64,000 nt of DNA, from IMG/VR virus record IMGVR_UViG_2852304943_000002, positions 252 through 64,251 of that record; one strand, given 5' to 3'. The DNA is from a virus. Its lineage: Duplodnaviria > Caudoviricetes. A program made the translations under genes and the position numbers. Of the stretch, positions 58,060 to 64,000 are shown piece after piece; position 1 is the first letter of the stretch; each line of letters starts with the position of its first letter. Below the pieces are notes generated by a model. That model searched no databases. It had not been told where the DNA came from and saw only the letters and a list, made by a program, of their open reading frames with translations.

Positions 58060-58078
58060 TGTGGACATATTGTGGACA
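58060..58078 (+). promoter_or_regulatory. Integrase arm-type sites TGTGGACA x2
   Basis: Direct repeat matching the P2 Int arm-site consensus, between att and int. Confidence 0.75.
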
Positions 58079-58113
58079 TTGTAATGTCATTAAAACAAAA
58101 ATTGAAAATACAA

Positions 58114-59145
58114 TTATTCGTTTAAGGAAGCTAATGGATTCTTTGTAATTGCATCTTCTAAATGGGTAGGGGCAAAGTGTGCATAGACCATTGTCATTTT
58201 GATATCAGAATGACCAAGAATATCTTTTAGCACTAGAATATTCCCTCCTTTCATCATGAAGTGACTAGCGAAAGTGTGGCGTAACACATGAGTGCATTGA
58301 CCTTCGGGTAGTTCAATACCTGATTTATTTATTATACGTTCAAAATTTTTTCGGCACGGTGTAAATAACTTACCCCTCTTTTTGGGTATTTCCTCATAGA
58401 GTTCTTTCGATATGGGAACGGTGCGCACCTTTTTGCTTTTTGTTTTACTAAATGTGATGCGATACGGTGTTACTTGGCTACCTTCTAGATTTTCTGCCTC
58501 ACTCCATCTAGCTCCTGTTGATAGACAAATTTTTGTAATTATTAAGACGCTTTTATTTCTAGATTCTGCCAGTGCTTCTAGTAAACGCTTAATTTCATTT
58601 TTATATAAAAAGGTAACCATTGTTTCATCGACTTTAAATGTAGGAAGCCCCGCAAGAGGATTGGGTAAATCCCAATGTCCTAACTTTTTTAAAGTACCGA
58701 AAACAGCTGATAAGTTTCTTTGTTCATGATTTACTGTGACGGGTTTTACTTCCATTAATCTCCCGTTAATATCAGGTATTCTGCCTTTTAATCGACCTTC
58801 TCGATAAAGACTAAAATCAGATGCTGTTAATTGAGATGCTATTGGATCACCTAATCCTGCACAAATACCATTTAGTTTCGACATCATGCGTTTTGAATCA
58901 GTCAATGTTCTACCGTAGAGGTCATACCATAGAGTTATTAAATCAGATAATCTTCTGTTATCCTGTTTTTCGCCAAGCCACGGTTTATCTTCTATTTCAG
59001 CAAGAATAAATTTTTCATAAGAAAGAGCTTCCCCTTTAGTGGCAAATTTTTTGCGTATGCGTTTACCACTGACCCCGTTGGGGCGAAGGTCACAAAGCCA
59101 CTCTCCAGAATCAAGTTTTCTAATTGTCATTCTATAAATTTTCAA
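58114..59145 (-). CDS. int: P2/186-type tyrosine integrase
   Basis: TGARWSEA, HVLRHTFASH, LGHSDIKMTMVYAH. Confidence 0.95.
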   Translation of the reverse strand: MKIYRMTIRKLDSGEWLCDLRPNGVSGKRIRKKFATKGEALSYEKFILAEIEDKPWLGEKQDNRRLSDLITLWYDLYGRTLTDSKRMMSKLNGICAGLGDPIASQLTASDFSLYREGRLKGRIPDINGRLMEVKPVTVNHEQRNLSAVFGTLKKLGHWDLPNPLAGLPTFKVDETMVTFLYKNEIKRLLEALAESRNKSVLIITKICLSTGARWSEAENLEGSQVTPYRITFSKTKSKKVRTVPISKELYEEIPKKRGKLFTPCRKNFERIINKSGIELPEGQCTHVLRHTFASHFMMKGGNILVLKDILGHSDIKMTMVYAHFAPTHLEDAITKNPLASLNE

Positions 59146-59716
59146 TAACGGTAATTACACGACCTAAAATGGTGAGGTCATCTAAATTACAATCAAAGGG
59201 AACACCAGAACCAGAAACACGAACTTTTTTAATAGGAATAAGAGTTAATTCCCGTATGCTGATTTTCCCTTCAACATCGACCAACCACTTACCATCAAAT
59301 ATATCGTCAAAGTTTTCTTCTAAAATGTAGTAACTATCACCATCTTTTATACATTTTGCCTTTTTTGGTAGTGGCGCGGTGTTTTTGAGCATTGCTTTAT
59401 CAAATAAAACATCATCAAACATTAATAGGTTCCCATTCACTAAACGTGAACAAGGGATTTTTAGTATATCTACTTTTATATTTGTAAAAGTTTTACCAAT
59501 GCCAAAAGTTAGCCATTCAAGATTTGCGCCCGTTTCTAATGCGCATCGAACAACGATATCAGCTGGAAATAAATCTCTTTTATAGCGCATAGATAAGCTA
59601 CTACTGCTTATTCCTAAATGCTCGGCTAAAGCTATTTTTGAAGGAAATCCATACGCTTCTATAATGCGATTTAAAACCTCAGTTCCACCTTTTGTTAAAT
59701 CAATATTTTGATTCAA
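59132..59716 (-). CDS. cI: 186-type CI repressor
   Basis: RIIEAYGF..LA.HLGIS, LEWL..G, DGKWLVDVEG. Confidence 0.9.
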   Translation of the reverse strand: MNQNIDLTKGGTEVLNRIIEAYGFPSKIALAEHLGISSSSLSMRYKRDLFPADIVVRCALETGANLEWLTFGIGKTFTNIKVDILKIPCSRLVNGNLLMFDDVLFDKAMLKNTAPLPKKAKCIKDGDSYYILEENFDDIFDGKWLVDVEGKISIRELTLIPIKKVRVSGSGVPFDCNLDDLTILGRVITVIENL

Positions 59717-59827
59717 GTTTAAATTCCTCTTGCATTTAACTAAAAGTGAAATTAATATTCACTCATAGCTTGTGATAAATGACGCTAACTAGTGCGGACT
59801 AGTGAGAATTAAAGGAGATTTTGCCTT

Positions 59828-60028
59828 ATGAAAGATCAATGTTCAATCAATATAGGTAAGCAGAAGCGGTATATCCCTATCGCGGAATTTTGTAAGCGAT
59901 ACGGTATGACGCTTGATTCTGCAAGATGGCAAGTGCGAGAGGGTAAATTGAAAATAAAACCCAAGAAAAAATCACACGAGCGAGTTTATATAGATTTAGA
60001 ACATTACCATAAAGAATGGTATGTATAG
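59828..60028 (+). CDS. Apl/Cox-like excisionase-repressor
   Basis: Small basic wHTH divergent from cI. Confidence 0.75.
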   Translation: MKDQCSINIGKQKRYIPIAEFCKRYGMTLDSARWQVREGKLKIKPKKKSHERVYIDLEHYHKEWYV

Positions 60029-60090
60029 GCTTTTTAGTTTTAAGTTGATATTAGTTACACAAATAGTGAACTTAAAGAAGAATAAACACC

Positions 60091-60600
60091 ATGTTTGATT
60101 ATCAGGTTTCCAAACAAGCGCACTTTGATAATGCATGCCGTGCTTTCGCAAATACCCATAAAGGGGATTTAGTGCAAATAGCCGAAAGCATCGGCATGAA
60201 CGCCCAAATGTTGCGTAACAAGTTAAACCCTGAACAACCGCACCAATTAACGTGCATTGATTTAATGAAACTGACTGATGCAACTGAGGACGCCTCTATC
60301 CTTGATGGTGTCTTAGAACAAATGCAATGTCAGCCGTCAGTGCCAGTTAATGAAGCGTGTGATTCTAATGTGCCTGCTTATTTACTAACGGCGGTCGGTG
60401 AAGTGGGGAAGTTAGCAACAAATACAGTTTCAGGCGGTAATTTAAATAATGCACGTGTCGCTGACTTTAAACGTTCTGTTAATACAGCAATTCGTTGTTT
60501 AACGTTGGCAGGCATAACACTATCGGCAAGATTACATACTAATCCGGCGTTTGCCTGTGCAGTGGATGCAGTCGCTAATCTTAGCCCATCAATGATGTGA
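60091..60600 (+). CDS. cII: 186-type CII
   Basis: MFDYQVSK..HFD.ACRAFA, LRNKLNPEQPHQLT. Confidence 0.9.
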   Translation: MFDYQVSKQAHFDNACRAFANTHKGDLVQIAESIGMNAQMLRNKLNPEQPHQLTCIDLMKLTDATEDASILDGVLEQMQCQPSVPVNEACDSNVPAYLLTAVGEVGKLATNTVSGGNLNNARVADFKRSVNTAIRCLTLAGITLSARLHTNPAFACAVDAVANLSPSMM

Positions 60601-60609
60601 GGTTTTAAA

Positions 60610-60750
60610 ATGAAATTAAATTCATTACAGCTTCAACAACACAAATATAAATTATCAAGTGATTCATTTAAAAATGAAAATAACAATTCTATTTATATTG
60701 TTAGTCTCATTTTATTTATGGGTTATTTATTAATATCAGCTTTAAGTTAA
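60610..60750 (+). CDS. 46-aa small TM protein (position of 186 fil)
   Basis: GAGG RBS; hydrophobic C-terminus. Confidence 0.45.
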   Translation: MKLNSLQLQQHKYKLSSDSFKNENNNSIYIVSLILFMGYLLISALS

Positions 60751-60759
60751 GAGGTGTTT

Positions 60760-61092
60760 ATGTCTAAAGAAAATATGTTTGATGAGATTTTACCAGGTGC
60801 GAAAGAACGTCAAATAGAGCGCTTAAAAAAATTAACTGAAAATAATAATGCCGAAGTGAAAATAGATGTCGATTATAGTGAAAACCAAAAAATTAATGAG
60901 ATTTTAAATTTCATGAGAAATAAACAATCAGAGAAAATCCATTTTAAAAATAGAATTTTTGAGTTGGTAAAAAATAAATTAAATAATGGTGTGTTGAGTG
61001 TGGATGATATCGCTGAGCAATTGACTAGTTTTAGAAATGAGCTAGTTGATGCTTATGAAGAATCAACAGAATTCGAAGATATACCGTTTTAA
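60760..61092 (+). CDS. Hypothetical protein
   Basis: GAGG RBS; ends in the SSB-like tail EDIPF. Confidence 0.65.
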   Translation: MSKENMFDEILPGAKERQIERLKKLTENNNAEVKIDVDYSENQKINEILNFMRNKQSEKIHFKNRIFELVKNKLNNGVLSVDDIAEQLTSFRNELVDAYEESTEFEDIPF

Positions 61093-61103
61093 GCGAGGTT
61101 ATT

Positions 61104-61451
61104 ATGTATCAGAATCAAGTTGAAAACGAACAAAGAGCTTTTCATATTCCAGTTGCTCAACGTGTTGATGGATTAAATCATACCGCTAAATTACGTTCTC
61201 GCCATTTTGGTTTACAAAATGAAGAATTAAAACGCTTCTTTTTTGATATGCGCGATAGATTTGATGATTGTTATCAAGAAAATAAAAAATTCTTAGGCGT
61301 CATTTTATATATGGCAGGTATTCCCAAAGAAAGACATGATTTAAATTTTGAAGATTTTAAAACATCAGAAATATTCGACATTATTAAAGCTATTAATCAT
61401 ATCAAGGCCGTTACGGCATTATTACCTAAACAATTAGCATTACCGCAATAA
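61104..61451 (+). CDS. P2-like early protein (DUF5347-like)
   Basis: GLNH.A.LR, YMAGIPKERH. Confidence 0.6.
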   Translation: MYQNQVENEQRAFHIPVAQRVDGLNHTAKLRSRHFGLQNEELKRFFFDMRDRFDDCYQENKKFLGVILYMAGIPKERHDLNFEDFKTSEIFDIIKAINHIKAVTALLPKQLALPQ

Positions 61452-61527
61452 TTAATTAAACCCAAAATAAAAATAAATGGCCTTACTAGGTCAGGGTTTT
61501 TTACAACCTAAATAAAGGAAATATATT

Positions 61528-61779
61528 ATGAGAACATCAATACCAACCCCCGTTTTTATGCCTGCGAAAATTGCTAATAACGAACACGCTATTGTTTTAG
61601 ATTCCACATTAGCGTTGGCGCGTAACGAACAAAAGCAAGTCTGTGCGGATAGATATGCTTCCCGTATTCGTAAACTGTCTAGTTTAATTATTCAAAATAA
61701 AATGGATTACGCCGACGTTGCTGAACTGTTGGAAAGTGAAGCATCAGAGCTAGAACGTCAAGCGCAAGAACTGGTTTGA
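61528..61779 (+). CDS. P2-like early protein (DUF2732-like)
   Basis: L..AR.E, AELL..E. Confidence 0.6.
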   Translation: MRTSIPTPVFMPAKIANNEHAIVLDSTLALARNEQKQVCADRYASRIRKLSSLIIQNKMDYADVAELLESEASELERQAQELV

Positions 61780-61780
61780 T

Positions 61781-63894
61781 ATGACTAGTGCGGTGGAGAA
61801 TAACAGCGACGTATTTATCTCAATGCGTCGCCAAAAAGAAGAATTTCAGCCAGGGCTATCGCCAAAAGCGTCCTTGGCTGAACGCATTATGTATGATGCA
61901 AACCCGTTTGATATTGAATTCCGTAATAGCATCTTAGGTAATGTGCCCGATTCATTGGCGATTTATTTTGCTACCCGATATTCAAAAATATTTAAAAGTG
62001 GGAAAAAAAATAGTAGGCGTCTTGCTAATACATTTTTACGCAAATTTGCACAGAATGTATTACCAAGATACAACCTTGTTTTATCAAAGTATCAATTTGA
62101 TGGTGTTACATCAGGTTATGATTTTTTCCCTGAAAAATACGTCGAACAAATTTCTAACCTACACACGTTAGACCGTGGAACCATCAAAGAGCTGGCGAAC
62201 GGTATCGCCCGCTATCTTACATCTACATTTACTGAATTTTGCCAACGTGCTGATTATGAGAATGAATCAGACGGTGCTAAGTTCGGCTACAAGAAAATAA
62301 GTAAGATCACTTCACAAATAGGCACTGTGCCACCGTACTGGAAGCAGTTCACGCAAGGGCGTGGAATAACAGAAGGGCAAATGTTATCAGGCTTATTACG
62401 CATGATGTCTGATAAGTGGTGGTATGGACGTTTAAAGCGCATGCGCGATTTGCGTGCTGAACATTTGGCTATTGCAGTCGGGCAGGTGCAAAAAAGTGCT
62501 TCCCCTTATATTTCCCGTCGTGCTTTACATGAGTGGATAGAACAAAAAAACGTAACTGGGATTATATTAAAAGTTTCGATTTAACTAATGAGAATGGTGA
62601 GCGTGTTTCTCTTGAAGAAATGGTATTAGCCAGTGTTTCTAATCCTGCGGTTCGCCGTTGCGAATTGATGGTGCGTATGCGTGGGTTTGAAAACATGGCT
62701 AATGAAATGGGTTATGTTGGTGAGTTTTACACCCTCACAGCCCCATCAAAGTATCACAATGTATACAGTAAGGGCGGTTTCATTGAACAATGGAACGGTG
62801 CCTCCCTCGTGATGTTCAGAAATACCTATGCAAAGTTTGGTCAAAAGTTCGCGCTGAATATGCCCGTGAAGGTATTCGCCCTTTCGGTTTTCGTGTCGTA
62901 GAACCTCACCATGATTCAACTCCCCACTGGCATTTATTGTTATTTGTTCATCCTGATCACGTTGAAAAGTTGAGAAAGATTTTTGCGGAATATGCCCGTG
63001 AAGAGGATGCCTTTGAGTTAAAAACCAAAGAGGCAAGAGAAGCCCGCTTTTATGTTGAGCCTATTGATAAAGAAAAAGGATCCGCAACGGGTTATATCGC
63101 TAAATATATTTCTAAAAATATTGATGGTTACGCAATGGATGACGAGATAGATGATGAAACGGGGCAGAAATGCAAAGACATGGCTAAAGCGGTTTCAGCA
63201 TGGGCGAGCTTACACCGCATTCGTCAGTTTCAGCAAATAGGGGGTGCTCCGGTGTCTGTTTGGCGAGAGTTGCGTCGCTTGCCAGGTGATGAGCAAATTC
63301 TAGCAACGGAAGATATGGACAACGTGCGTTTTGCGTCAGATGTAGGCGATTGGTATGCCTACACCGAGTTACAAGGTGGTGCGACGGTAAAACGCCGAGA
63401 TTTAACCGTGAGGCTTTCTTATGAAGTCACCGAAATGGGGAACGAATACGGCGAAGATGTAAAAAAAATTAAAGGGGTTTACTCACCGCTTGCGAGTGAG
63501 GACTCTTTCTATCTTACCCGCACCGCTAAATGGGAACTCGTTGCTAAAGTATCCACGTCTGTTAAAGGGAGTGGTTTGGCTTTTGATGGCGCGATTAGCG
63601 CCCCTTGGAGTTCTGTCAATAACTGTACGGGGGAAACCCGGACGATTAACGATGAAGAAAAGGGATAACGGAAATTTTAGATAATTTCAGGTCAATCGGG
63701 CATGAAATAACCCTAGAAGATGCCAAAAAAATGAGAAATGGGTCCGGAATAGTCATTGATGATATTGCATTTAGATGCTTTGACGATGGTTCTTTGATAA
63801 GAACGGGCACGACACAACTGAAATACCGTCAATTCCATGAAAGGAAAGCGCGAATTTTTAACAAGTCAATAAATTAAGGGGAATAAATGTATAG
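61781..63894 (+). pseudogene. Rolling-circle replication endonuclease gpA, split by ~4 homopolymer frameshifts (possibly artefactual)
   Basis: TLTAPSKYH, EPHHDSTPHWH (HUH), YIAKYISK, RIRQFQQIG across ORFs 61781-62584, 62533-62901, 62790-63668. Confidence 0.88.
63598..63630 (+). other. P2/186-like replication origin within gene A
   Basis: gcgccccttggagttctgtcaataactgt resembles the P2 ori. Confidence 0.7.
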
Positions 63895-64000
63895 ATATTG
63901 GGTTTTATTTTATTTATTGATATCAATAGTTCTTTTTATATACAGAACTATAAAGTCTAAAAAAGCTATCATGAAAAATATAGCTTAGGTTCAGCGATAG

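Larger units (their letters stand above)
57910..64000. mobile_element. P2/186-like prophage, left part (continues beyond the window)
   Basis: int-cI-apl/cox-cII-...-A gene order; TGTGGACA arm sites. Confidence 0.92.

Overview
Low-GC enterobacterial DNA (Proteus/Morganellaceae-like; organism inferred) made almost entirely of elements stacked at the 3' end of tmRNA (ssrA, minus strand). 1-6.5 kb: end of a defence island (type I RM hsdS and hsdR, a soluble FtsK-C paralog, a small GKW-motif gene). 6.5-7.1 kb: remnant of an earlier ssrA-targeting element. About 7.1-57.9 kb: a near-complete lambdoid siphoprophage (int/xis, RecET, N, cI/cro/cII, O/DnaB, Q, lysis, head, lambda-like tail) with several morons, a P22 immI-like antirepressor module and an internal tRNA-Pro att relic. 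57.9-64 kb: left part of a P2/186-like prophage. The most unusual item is a visibly GC-richer ~930-bp cassette (55636-56567) that cuts off both the tail-fibre gene and a holE-like gene. It has a hairpin at one end, a ~187-nt multi-stem structure ending exactly at the other, and one unrecognised 223-aa ORF. Several -1 homopolymer frameshifts may be sequencing errors. All family assignments come from motif recognition by eye; no database search was run.
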